A DNA stretch of 61,137 nt, counting the filler. It is 8 parts of 8 records of this genome, joined end to end, with 100 filler letters (N's around TTAATTAATTAA, not from the genome) between each part and the next. Parts side by side here need not be neighbours in the genome. Positions count along the whole stretch, not along the records: positions 38,751 to 43,795 come from SRR31147125_287; positions 43,896 to 52,826 come from SRR31147125_290; positions 52,927 to 61,137 come from SRR31147125_299; 5 more parts are not named here. One strand, given 5' to 3'. Under the pieces are notes generated by a model that saw nothing but the letters and a program-made list of their open reading frames with translations, was not told the DNA's origin and ran no database searches. This document shows positions 43,664 through 53,511 of the stretch, in pieces. The position numbers and the translations under genes are program-made. Within the stretch, counting starts at the first letter, position 1, and each line of letters starts with the position of its first letter.

Positions 43664-43795
43664 TTTTATGAGCAATAGTTAATTAATGAATTTGTTCATC
43701 CCTGCGTCGTCCATCTGAGCCACACAATACGTAAAAAACGGCCACTCTTTCAATCCGGCTTATCTCTAGTGGTCATTCAAGATTTGTCTGTCGGG

Positions 43796-43895
43796 NNNNN
43801 NNNNNNNNNNNNNNNNNNNNNNNNNNNNNNNNNNNNNNNTTAATTAATTAANNNNNNNNNNNNNNNNNNNNNNNNNNNNNNNNNNNNNNNNNNNN
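43796..43895. other. Artificial contig linker 6
   Basis: N44-TTAATTAATTAA-N44. Confidence 0.98.
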
Positions 43896-43914
43896 ACTTG
43901 CAACCTACATCTTT

Positions 43915-43963
43915 CTTTGAACTTTCAACTTTGAACTTTAAACTTTAAACTTTGAACTCGAAA
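43915..43963 (+). repeat. Heptamer tandem repeat (CTTTNAA) x7
   Basis: CTTTGAA CTTTCAA CTTTGAA CTTTAAA CTTTAAA CTTTGAA CTCGAAA. Confidence 0.85.
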
Positions 43964-43972
43964 CTTCTTTAT

Positions 43973-43980
43973 TAAATTTG
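43973..43980 (+). promoter_or_regulatory. Bacteroidota-type -7 promoter element (TAnnTTTG) for mutS2
   Basis: TAAATTTG 21 nt before the ATG; another copy (TAATTTTG) at 47900-47907 upstream of the HAD gene. Confidence 0.6.
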
Positions 43981-44001
43981 CACTCGATTTAAGGGAAAGC
44001 T

Positions 44002-46493
44002 ATGCAAAACATTTATCCAAATAACTTCGAAATAAAAATTGGTTTCGACCGCATTCGCGAAATGCTGAATAACAAATGTATCAGCACCATGGGAAACGAA
44101 TGGGTGGAAGCAATGCAGTTTCAAACTTCGCACAAAGCAATTTCGCAACAATTAGACGAGGTGGATGAGTTTTGTACAATCATTCGCGAGTTTGATAGTT
44201 TCCCGGCAACACATTTTTACGATTTACGAGAGGCATTGAACAAAATTCGTTTGGAAGGACGATTTTTAGAGCCCTCAGAATTATTCGATCTGAAACGTTC
44301 ATTGGAATCGGTACGTGCTGTGGTAAATTTCTTTCAGAAACAAGAGGAGGAGATTTTTCCGATTCTGAAAGCAAAAACTTCGCAGGTACAGGTTTTCCCT
44401 ACATCTACGATCGTATCGATACTATCATCAACAAATTTGGAAAAATACGCGACAATGCTTCGCCCGAATTAGGACATATTCGTCGCAGCATTTTTAATAT
44501 GCAGTCGAGCATGAGTAAACGCCTGCATTCCATATTAAAGCAAGCGCAAAAAGATGGGCTGGTCGACGATGAAGCATCGGTTTCAATCCGCGACGGACGA
44601 GCTGTAATTCCTATTGCAGCTGCCAATAAACGTAAGCTAAAAGGTATTGTTTACGACGAGTCGGCTACCGGAAAAACATCGTATGTAGAGCCCAACGAAA
44701 TCGTGGAAATGAACAACGAAATAAGGGAACTGGAATATGCCGAACGCCGCGAAGTAATTAAAATCCTTACCGGTTTTGCCAACGACATTCGCCCTTATCT
44801 TGAAGAACTGGCTTATTCGTACGATTTTCTGGGAGAAATGGATTTCATAAGGGCAAAAGCTTTGCTGGCTGTCGAGTTCGATGCGCAGCGCCCCGATTTT
44901 CGTGACGAAGCAATAATTGAATGGTATCACGCCATTCATCCGCTACTTTTAAAAACACTGCAAAAAGAGAATAGGAAAATTGTTCCGCTCGATATTCAAC
45001 TCACCGACGAAAAACATATTTTACTGATTTCGGGACCAAATGCTGGCGGTAAATCGGTGTGCCTAAAAACAACAGGATTGCTGCAATACATGTTGCAATG
45101 TGGTTTGCTTATTCCGGTAAACGATGGCAGTAAAACCGGTATTTTCGACCAGCTTTTTATCGATATTGGAGACGAACAATCGATGGATAACGACCTGAGC
45201 ACCTACAGTTCGCACCTGATGAACATGAAACATTTCGTGCGTAATTGCAACGAAAAAACACTGGTACTTATCGATGAGTTTGGAACCGGAACCGAGCCGG
45301 CGCTGGGAGGTGCTATTGCCGAGTCGATTCTCGATAAACTCACAAAACTTCGCACTTTCGGAGTAATTACCACCCACTATACAAACCTAAAACATTATGC
45401 ATCGTCGGCCGATGGAATTGCCAACGGCGCCATGCTTTACGATGCACAAAATATGAACCCGCTTTTTAAGCTGGATATTGGCAAACCGGGAAGTTCGTTT
45501 GCATTTGAGATTGCGCGTAAAATTGGCTTGCCCGAAGATATTTTGGAACAAGCCACCGAAAAAGTAGGGAAAGACCACATTGATTTCGACCGCAATCTGC
45601 GCCAGATAAACCGCGACAAACGGTACTGGGAAACCAAACGTATGAAAATTCGTAAGGTGGAAAAAATACTGGACGACACTGCCGAAACATACGAATCTGA
45701 GCTAGAGGAGATTCAGAAACAGCGCAAAGAAATTCTGAAAAAGGCAAAAGAAGAAGCCGATGCTTTGCTGCAAGGTGTTAATAAGCGGATTGAAAACACC
45801 ATCAGGGAAATTAAAAAGGCACAGGCCGATAAAGAAAAAACCAGGCAGGTGCGCGAAAATCTGGGAGACCTGAAAAAAGAGGTGGACCGCAAAGCCACTG
45901 GTGGCGATGCACAGATTTCGAAAAAAATGGAGAAACTGCGCCGCCGCGAAGACAACCGAAATAAACGCCGTCCGGAAGAATATAAAAAGCCCGTTCCGCA
46001 AGAAAAGCTGGAAGAAAGAATGGAGCTAAAACCCGGCGACAAAGTGCGCATAAAAGGACAAGAAACCATTGGCGACTTGATTGAAATAAACGAAAAAAAT
46101 GCAGTGGTTGCTTTTGGCCAGCTAATGACCACCATGCCGCGTAAAAACATTGAGCGCCTGAGTAATAACGAGGCAAAAAAACTCGACAAAAAACGCTATA
46201 CAAAATCTACAACTTTAACCGATAGTTTCACAGAAAAGCGCTTGAAATTTAAACCTGAAATTGATATTCGTGGAGAACGTGCCGATGCTGCCATATCGAA
46301 AATTACCGAATTTATCGACGAAGCCATTATGTTCGAATCGGGGCAACTTCGTATTCTGCATGGCAAAGGAAATGGTATTCTGCGCCAGATAATCCGCGAT
46401 TACTTACGCTCGGAACCCATGGTACGCAGCTATAAAGACGAACATGTTGATTTTGGTGGGGCCGGAATTACTGTGGTAAATTTGGCGTTGTAG
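44002..46493 (+). CDS. mutS2: MutS2 (Smr/MutS family); frameshifted at about 44393-44399
   Basis: KIGFD.IR N-terminus; SGPNAGGKS, DEFGTGT, TTHY; coiled coil, KOW, Smr (D.RG...ILHGKG.G.L...GGAG). Confidence 0.93.
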
Positions 46494-46521
46494 GTTGGGT
46501 GATGCGGTTTCCGAACCGCAT

Positions 46522-46986
46522 CTACATATTCCCCAACAACCTCCCATCAAACAAAAAGTCATAGGTATCCACCACTTCAATCTTTTTAAAATCACGATGA
46601 AACGGATTCAACAAAAAATTAGAATCTCCTTTCACAACAACCGACGGTACTTTTAAAATACAGTGCATGTTTTCGTGAATAAAAGCATCGCCAATTTTTT
46701 GTGTAGATAGTGAGTGAGGAAAAATATTCCAGTCACTTGGAAGTTGCGATTCTTCTAAAATCTGAATTTCAATCGAATCAGGCACATTAATTTCCACCAT
46801 CATAAAATCGTTGGGTAAAATGGCCGGATTAATATGAACGGCAACTTCAGCCATTGCCAAAGCCCGGTTTCCGGCAGAGTAAAATATTTCAGTGCCTTTC
46901 GAATTCCAGCGGTTACCAAAACGGGCAGCTCCTTTCCCCGACAGAATTTCAGGATATTTTTTACGTGCCAAACGAAAAACTCTCAT
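46522..46986 (-). CDS. RES-domain toxin (NAD+ phosphorylase/ART-like)
   Basis: FRL...SG.GA...GNRWNS.G...Y...ALA..E...VPS.V....N.LLNP.H. Confidence 0.88.
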   Translation of the reverse strand: MRVFRLARKKYPEILSGKGAARFGNRWNSKGTEIFYSAGNRALAMAEVAVHINPAILPNDFMMVEINVPDSIEIQILEESQLPSDWNIFPHSLSTQKIGDAFIHENMHCILKVPSVVVKGDSNFLLNPFHRDFKKIEVVDTYDFLFDGRLLGNM

Positions 46987-47486
46987 CACACAAAAATTCC
47001 GTAATCAATCCGGTTCAGTTCAGCAACCACCAATTCCTTCCCAAACGAATCGTTCAGCAATTCAATGGGTTTCATATTCCCAAGGGCAAGTGAAGGAGAA
47101 TTTAGCCAGAAATAAAACTGTTCTTCTGTGTCAAAAATTTCGTTTCCCATAAATGTTACTTCTGCCAGCTCCAGAATTTTCTCAGAATGAATGGGCTTAA
47201 AAACAAAGTCTTCATCTTTTTTAAAACGCTGCAACGATTTTGTTGACAATCCCAGGAAATTCGCCCAGTCGGCTTCAGAAAAAGGCATCAACTCGCGAAA
47301 CTCATGAAATAAACAGTACGGAATTCCTTTACGAATAGCATAAACCATCAGCATTCGGTTATTGAAAAAATTGCTCAGTGTAACCTTTTCTTCAATAAAA
47401 CGAATTTTTGTTTCATGCTCAATATCCTTCAAAAAAGTATTGAGTTCTTTTTCAATCGGAAAACCTTCTTCCTTTCTTAATTTCAT
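46986..47486 (-). CDS. Xre/MbcA/ParS-type antitoxin
   Basis: HTH (WA..LG.S.KSLQR), C-terminal WL..P..ALG..KP.ELL....G...V..EL.RI.YG; overlaps the RES start. Confidence 0.88.
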   Translation of the reverse strand: MKLRKEEGFPIEKELNTFLKDIEHETKIRFIEEKVTLSNFFNNRMLMVYAIRKGIPYCLFHEFRELMPFSEADWANFLGLSTKSLQRFKKDEDFVFKPIHSEKILELAEVTFMGNEIFDTEEQFYFWLNSPSLALGNMKPIELLNDSFGKELVVAELNRIDYGIFV

Positions 47487-47797
47487 CGCACAGACATTTG
47501 TCTTCAAAAATAGGACATTTATACCGCATTCACAAATCAAACATTCTTGTCATTTCGACGAAGAATGAGGAAAAATCTATCTCTTGGAACAAATTTCTTC
47601 CCAATATACATTGTGCTATCTCCAACTAATGACAGATTTTAGCAAATGCCTTAAAATATGCAAATTACAAATTTGTGCCTTTCTAAGCGCTGAGCGGTTC
47701 GAAACCGCTAAGCGCATTAATGTCGCGTTCTGTCATTTCATCATTATACCCATTCAAAAAATGGGAGAACTCTCAAAATAAAAAAAACTTGATTTAT

Positions 47798-47824
47798 GAG
47801 ACCCTGAAACGAATTCAGGGTGAC
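47798..47824. repeat. REP-like palindrome
   Basis: GAGACCCTGAAACGAATTCAGGGTGAC (ACCCTGAA/TTCAGGGT stem). Confidence 0.5.
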
Positions 47825-48008
47825 GTTCTTAACATGCTTATGCAATCGTAATTTTGCGAAATCCTTAGCGTACTTTGCGTGAACTTATTCATCTTTCTTT
47901 AATTTTGCAACCATGAAACGAGCATGACTGAATTTTCACACCAAAGAATGAATATTAAATTCATGCGAGTTCCATGTGATACCGCTAAAAACAAACAATT
48001 TTAATCAC

Positions 48009-48701
48009 ATGAAATCCAACTTCAAAACAATAGCTTTCGATGCCGATGATACGCTGTGGGTAAACGAAACATTTTTTCGCGAAACCGAAGAAAAATTTTG
48101 TGCGCTGCTTTCCGATTATTCCACATCGGATGAAATAATGAAGGTGTTGTTTGCCACCGAAATGGATAATCTTGAAGAATATGGTTACGGCACCAAAGGT
48201 TTTATGTTATCGATGATTGAAACGGCGCTGAAAATAACCGGCAATAAAGTTCCGCAAACCACCATCAATAAAATTATTGAGTTGGGAAAAACACAGATTA
48301 ACCAGCCGGTAGAATTGCTCAACGGCATTGTTGAAGTTCTGGAATACCTAAATAAAAAGGGCTACAAATTAATTATTGCAACCAAAGGCGATTTGCTCGA
48401 CCAGGAACGGAAACTTCGAAAATCGAAGCTGGAAAAATATTTTCATCATGTGGAAGTAATGAGTAACAAAGAAACTGCCGACTACCAAAAACTTCTCTCC
48501 CATTTAGAGATTGCACCCGAAGATTTCCTGATGATTGGCAACTCGTACAAATCGGACATTGAACCGGTTTTGGAGCTGGGCGGCTACGGTATTCATATTC
48601 CATTTCATATTACCTGCATTCATGAAAAAGCCGAGGAAAAGGAAGAACACCCAAACTGGATTAAGTTGCAATCAGTTTTGGAAATAAAATCAATTTTATA
48701 A
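48009..48701 (+). CDS. HAD-superfamily hydrolase
   Basis: FDADDTLW.NE, ATKGDLLDQ, MIGNS.KSD. Confidence 0.88.
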   Translation: MKSNFKTIAFDADDTLWVNETFFRETEEKFCALLSDYSTSDEIMKVLFATEMDNLEEYGYGTKGFMLSMIETALKITGNKVPQTTINKIIELGKTQINQPVELLNGIVEVLEYLNKKGYKLIIATKGDLLDQERKLRKSKLEKYFHHVEVMSNKETADYQKLLSHLEIAPEDFLMIGNSYKSDIEPVLELGGYGIHIPFHITCIHEKAEEKEEHPNWIKLQSVLEIKSIL

Positions 48702-48848
48702 TCTACTTAATGAGCCTTAAAGTCTTCGTGGCAAGTTCTTATCATTTTATGCATAAGAATAGATAAAAATAGTACAGGAAATTGTTCTGATTGTATCGGT
48801 TTAATAATTGGGATTGACTATTTTTAGAAGTCAAATAAACCAACTACT

Positions 48849-50648
48849 ATGAAAAACTTTTTTATCCTTCTTTTGCTTTCAGTTTCGCTTTTTTCGTGTA
48901 AAAACAAACAAAACGCTCCTGCCCTGAGCGGACCTGTCCCGGCTGCAACGTCGGGAGTCGAAGGGCAACCCAACATCATAATAATTTTAAGCGACGACCA
49001 GGGCTGGGGCGACCTGAGTTGCAATGGGAATACCAATATTGAAACTCCCAACATTGATAAACTGGCAGAAACAGGCGTAACTTTCGATAGGTTTTATGTT
49101 TGCCCGGTGTGCTCGCCAACGCGCGCCGAATTATTAACCGGGCGTTACCATGTTCGTGGTGGTGTTTGGTCGACCGGTGCCGGCGGCGAACGTTTGGATT
49201 TAGATGAAACAACGATAGCCGAGATATTCAAAAAAGCCGGCTATAAAACCGCTGCTTACGGGAAATGGCACAATGGAATGCAGGCTCCGTATCATCCCAA
49301 CTCGCGTGGTTTCGATGATTACTACGGATTTTGCTCGGGACACTGGGGAAATTATTACAATCCGATGCTGGACCACAACGGCGAAATAGTGAAGGGAGAA
49401 GGTTTTATTATCGACGACTTCACGCAACACGGACTTGATTTTATTGAGAAGAACAAGGACAATCCTTTCTTTTTGTACCTGCCATTTAACACGCCGCACT
49501 CGCCCATGCAGGTTCCCGATAAATTCTGGAATAAATACAAAGACAAGGAACTGGAAATGTTTAACCGCGAAAAAGACAAAGAAAATATTCCGTTTACCAA
49601 AGCTGCTTTGGCCATGTGCGAAAACATCGACTGGAACGTTGGAAGAATCACACAAAAGTTAGAAGACCTTGGTTTGGCTGAAAATACAATCATTCTTTAT
49701 TTTTCGGATAACGGGCCAAACGGAGTGCGCTGGAACGACGGTATGAAAGGAAAAAAAGGTTCGACCGACGAAGGAGGAGTGCGTTCGCCAATGATTATGA
49801 CGTGGAAAGGGAAATTTGCTGCAGGCAAGAAAATTATGGAAATAGCCAGTGGAATTGACTTGCTTCCAACCCTTTCTGATTTTGCAGGAATTGAATTAAA
49901 ACCTGAAAAAACATTGGATGGAATTAGCTTAAAACCACTCCTTGTTGAGCAAAACCCAAATTGGGACGAACGTATTATTTTCAACTATTGGAAAGGCAAA
50001 ACCAGTCTGCGCTCGCAGAAATTTCGTTTAGACCACCAAAACAATCTTTTCGATATGGAAACAGACCCGGGACAATACTCCGACATTTCTGATAAATTTC
50101 CTGATGTTTATGCAGAAATGGTTCAAACCAAAGAAAAATGGGTAGCCGAAGTAGCTTCAGAACTGGATGAAAAAGCGGAGCGCCCCTTCCCTATTGGACA
50201 TCCAAGTTTGGCTTACACACAACTACCGGCTCGCGATGCCATTGGGCACGGTAACATAAAACGCTCGAATAAATGGCCCAACAGTTCTTTCTTGCTAAAC
50301 TGGATTTCGCTCGACGACAAAATCACCTTTGATGTTGAAGTGCTGGCGGCTGGCAATTACGAGGTGGAACTTTTTTATACCTGTCCAAAAAATGATATTG
50401 GTTCAAGTGTTGAGCTGAGTTTTAATAACTCGAAACTCGAATTTACCATTGCCGAAGCATTCGATCCACCCCTACTAAAAAACGACGATGTTTATCCGCG
50501 TGGCGAAGGTTTTATAAAAGAATTTAAGCGGGTAAAAATGGGCACAATTCAATTGGAAAAAGGAACCGGAACGCTTACTTTAAAAGCTACCGAAATGCCG
50601 GGTTCGCAGGTTATGGATTTTAGGTTGTTGCTTTTAAAAAAGATATAA
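48849..50648 (+). CDS. Arylsulfatase-family (S1, Cys-type) lipoprotein with C-terminal beta-sandwich
   Basis: LFSC lipobox; DDQG, CSPTR formylglycine motif, GKWH, SDNG, EGG.R.P. Confidence 0.93.
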   Translation: MKNFFILLLLSVSLFSCKNKQNAPALSGPVPAATSGVEGQPNIIIILSDDQGWGDLSCNGNTNIETPNIDKLAETGVTFDRFYVCPVCSPTRAELLTGRYHVRGGVWSTGAGGERLDLDETTIAEIFKKAGYKTAAYGKWHNGMQAPYHPNSRGFDDYYGFCSGHWGNYYNPMLDHNGEIVKGEGFIIDDFTQHGLDFIEKNKDNPFFLYLPFNTPHSPMQVPDKFWNKYKDKELEMFNREKDKENIPFTKAALAMCENIDWNVGRITQKLEDLGLAENTIILYFSDNGPNGVRWNDGMKGKKGSTDEGGVRSPMIMTWKGKFAAGKKIMEIASGIDLLPTLSDFAGIELKPEKTLDGISLKPLLVEQNPNWDERIIFNYWKGKTSLRSQKFRLDHQNNLFDMETDPGQYSDISDKFPDVYAEMVQTKEKWVAEVASELDEKAERPFPIGHPSLAYTQLPARDAIGHGNIKRSNKWPNSSFLLNWISLDDKITFDVEVLAAGNYEVELFYTCPKNDIGSSVELSFNNSKLEFTIAEAFDPPLLKNDDVYPRGEGFIKEFKRVKMGTIQLEKGTGTLTLKATEMPGSQVMDFRLLLLKKI

Positions 50649-50686
50649 CAACTAGACTTGAAGAACTCTATTACCAAAATTAATAT

Positions 50687-50717
50687 GCTTTCTGGCAGTG
50701 CAAAACTGCCAGAAAGC
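50687..50717. terminator. Hairpin between convergent genes
   Basis: GCTTTCTGGCAGT-GCAAA-ACTGCCAGAAAGC perfect 13-bp stem. Confidence 0.7.
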
Positions 50718-50724
50718 GATGTTC

Positions 50725-52032
50725 TTATTTCTCCTCAAGCACAAATTTTACGGTGAAGCCAACAACTTTTCCATAAAATTCAGGAATTTCTAATGAAGGC
50801 ATTTTATTCACAATACGCTTAACCTCCTTCTCCAAACTCTTCATTTCACTACTTGAAGATGAGTCTATTGCATTTTCGGGCATATAGCCTACAGCAACTA
50901 CCTCTTCCAGCATCATTACGGAATTATTGGTAGGTTTTTTAACAATTTCACCGACTACTCCTTTTTTATTAATTTTCACAAAAACTTCAACTTTACCTTG
51001 TACTTTGTTTTCGGCCGCCGATGACGGATACTTTATATTGTAAGCAATAAACTTTATTAGTTGTAATTCATTGGAAATTTTTGTTTCTTCTTCTATCAAA
51101 TTCGTTGTACTTGCAGGTGCCCTATTTTCCAAAGCATTCTTTACTTCGCGGGCAATGGTAGTATTGCTAAATATTACAACAGCCAATAAAATCATGGGGA
51201 TAAGCAAACATTGTTTCAATACAATTCTGTGGGTAATTTTCATTTTAGTCATCATTTCTAATCTTTTTTTGGTTTTTAAATAATTAAAAGGGCAAGTCAT
51301 CGCTCCTTTTAGGATTAAACCATTTGAGTCAGCCGTTTTAGCTACAATCAAATGCTGATATTCTGAGGTACCTCCGTATTGATTAATAACTGACTCGTCA
51401 GCCAGAAATTCGTGATTAAGTCGTATCGCATTTCGGAATAAATAAAAAACAGGATTAAACCATGCCACTGCAATTAGCAATTCTATAAAAAGAATATCTA
51501 ATGAATGTTTCTGATTTACATGAGCACGTTCGTGGTCAATTATCCGTTTATCGATTTGTTGATTCTCAAAATCCGATTTTGGAACAAAAACATAAGAGAA
51601 GTAACTATAAGGAGAGCCGGTGTTTTTTGTTAAAACAATCGTAGAATCTTCCATAGAAACTGAATCGCAATTTTGAATTTTCTTTATCAAAATCAGGTTA
51701 AAGAATACAAAACGTAAAACCAAAACCAAAGCAACCAAAACATATAATGACAGAACGATATTTCCTATTGAAAATATATTAGGAATTTGTTCATCGAAAG
51801 TATTAACTGCTGTATTTACATATTGCGAACTTCCCGAAATTATCTGCTCAACCTGCACAACGACCTGATTATCTGATGTAAAATTTAGGATTGGAATTAA
51901 TACAGAAGCAATTGCAGCAAAAATTAAATAAAATCTGTTAAACTTATGCATGCGCTCATATTGTAAAACCATAAGATAAATGGCGATAAAAAAGGCGGAG
52001 CATACAATTAAGCGAAAAATATAATCAATCAT
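50725..52032 (-). CDS. BlaR1/M56 metallopeptidase with TonB-like C-terminal domain
   Basis: FNRFYL, HERAH, WFNP, HEFLAD; C-terminal NIKYP..A....VQGKV.V...I...G. Confidence 0.88.
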   Translation of the reverse strand: MIDYIFRLIVCSAFFIAIYLMVLQYERMHKFNRFYLIFAAIASVLIPILNFTSDNQVVVQVEQIISGSSQYVNTAVNTFDEQIPNIFSIGNIVLSLYVLVALVLVLRFVFFNLILIKKIQNCDSVSMEDSTIVLTKNTGSPYSYFSYVFVPKSDFENQQIDKRIIDHERAHVNQKHSLDILFIELLIAVAWFNPVFYLFRNAIRLNHEFLADESVINQYGGTSEYQHLIVAKTADSNGLILKGAMTCPFNYLKTKKRLEMMTKMKITHRIVLKQCLLIPMILLAVVIFSNTTIAREVKNALENRAPASTTNLIEEETKISNELQLIKFIAYNIKYPSSAAENKVQGKVEVFVKINKKGVVGEIVKKPTNNSVMMLEEVVAVGYMPENAIDSSSSSEMKSLEKEVKRIVNKMPSLEIPEFYGKVVGFTVKFVLEEK

Positions 52033-52400
52033 TTTTCAGTATTTTTCATTTGAGTATCCACTATCTTTTTTAGTTGTTCCAATTCTTCATAGGTCATGTT
52101 ACGCGATTTGGTAAAAAACGAAGCAAATGAAAGTGCCGAATTATCGAAATAATTCTTAATAATTCCGTTTAAATGATTGGAGAAATAATCATCTTTTTCA
52201 ACCAATGCATAATATTGCCGCGAGTTTCCCAGCTGATTGTAGGCAACAAAACCTTTATCCTGCATACGTTTAAGCAAGGTTGCAATTGTTGTTTTAGCCG
52301 GTTTTGGCTCAGGGTAATGCTTAATTAAATCTTTCATGAATACTTTTTCCTGACTCCAAATCAATTCCATTAACTTTTCTTCGGTATTCGATAATTTCAT
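52029..52400 (-). CDS. BlaI/MecI/CopY-family repressor
   Basis: E..LM..IW, P..TTI.TLL.R...KGFV, Y..LV. Confidence 0.92.
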   Translation of the reverse strand: MKLSNTEEKLMELIWSQEKVFMKDLIKHYPEPKPAKTTIATLLKRMQDKGFVAYNQLGNSRQYYALVEKDDYFSNHLNGIIKNYFDNSALSFASFFTKSRNMTYEELEQLKKIVDTQMKNTEK

Positions 52401-52401
52401 A

Positions 52402-52438
52402 TTCTACAAATATAGATTCTGTTCTACAAACATAGAAC
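52402..52438. promoter_or_regulatory. Tandem palindromic BlaI/CopY-type operators
   Basis: TTCTACAAATATAGAT and GTTCTACAAACATAGAAC at 20-bp spacing, immediately upstream of the blaI start. Confidence 0.7.
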
Positions 52439-52580
52439 TTTCTTTTTTATAAATCAAATAAAACGTATTTTAATTCTGGTATAGGTGAACATTTCATTCA
52501 AAAACCTATTTATAGTGTAAATCAGGAAGTCAAAGATTTTAGCTCGGTCTTCTGACTTTCTACTTCAAACTTTCTTAACC

Positions 52581-52826
52581 ATGAAAAAAGTTACCGGAAT
52601 AGGTGGCATCTTTTTCAAGACAAAAGACCCGGATAAAATGAAAGACTGGTACAATAAAAATCTGGGTTTAGTTACCAACGAATATGGTTCGGTGTTCGAG
52701 TTTCGCAAACCGGATGAGCCGGAGAAAAAAGGGTATTCGGTTTGGAGTCCGTTCAAAGATGATACTACATATTTTGCTCCTTCCGAAAAAGAATTCATGA
52801 TAAATTACCGGGTTGAAAACATTGAA
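52581..52826 (+). CDS. VOC/glyoxalase-family protein, 3'-truncated
   Basis: VTGIGGIFFK..DP....WY...LG...FMINYRV. Confidence 0.85.
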
Positions 52827-52926
52827 NNNNNNNNNNNNNNNNNNNNNNNNNNNNNNNNNNNNNNNNNNNNTTAATTAATTAANNNNNNNNNNNNNNNNNN
52901 NNNNNNNNNNNNNNNNNNNNNNNNNN
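52827..52926. other. Artificial contig linker 7
   Basis: N44-TTAATTAATTAA-N44. Confidence 0.98.
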
Positions 52927-53448
52927 TTTTTTCCATGGCCACCAGGTCTCACCCTGGCCATGGAGAGTGCCTTTACCCGTAATGGCGATATTTTCACACT
53001 TGAAGGCATAAATTAGGGATGAATAATTGTAGCATTCCATGCCCTCATAGCGAGTGAAAACAGATGGCAGGTAATCGGTGAAATTTGTGGAAAAATAGAT
53101 CTCGGCATCTTTGTCAATATGCAGATTGATATTGCTTTTCAAATGGATTTGACCAGTAAGCCATTTGCCAGCCGGAACAATCACCCGGCCGCCACCGGCA
53201 TCTGAACAGGCTTGTATGGCCTTACGAAAGGCCTCCGTGTTTTTTGTTTTGCTGTCAGTCATAGCACCAAAATCGCGGATGTCAAAGGTTTGATCCGGGA
53301 AGGTTGGGCGTTGCAGGTTTGGCATATGGAATGGGGCGTGGATGGGGTTGATGTTTTGAAAAATATCATCATTAGCGCTTGTATCCAGGGCCAGGGACAA
53401 CGTGAGTAATAAAGACAGGCAAAGGATAAATAAAACAAAACGTTTCAT
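52927..53448 (-). CDS. GH28 (polygalacturonase-like) glycoside hydrolase, 3'-truncated
   Basis: Signal peptide; DFGA...NT.AF..AI..C...GGG.V.VP.G.WLTG.I.LKSN...ITG.GTL.G. Confidence 0.85.
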
Positions 53449-53511
53449 CTGATTTCTCCATGTTTTTATCCTGATAAATAGAATTTAAACAATTTTTTTG
53501 TCGCAAAAATG

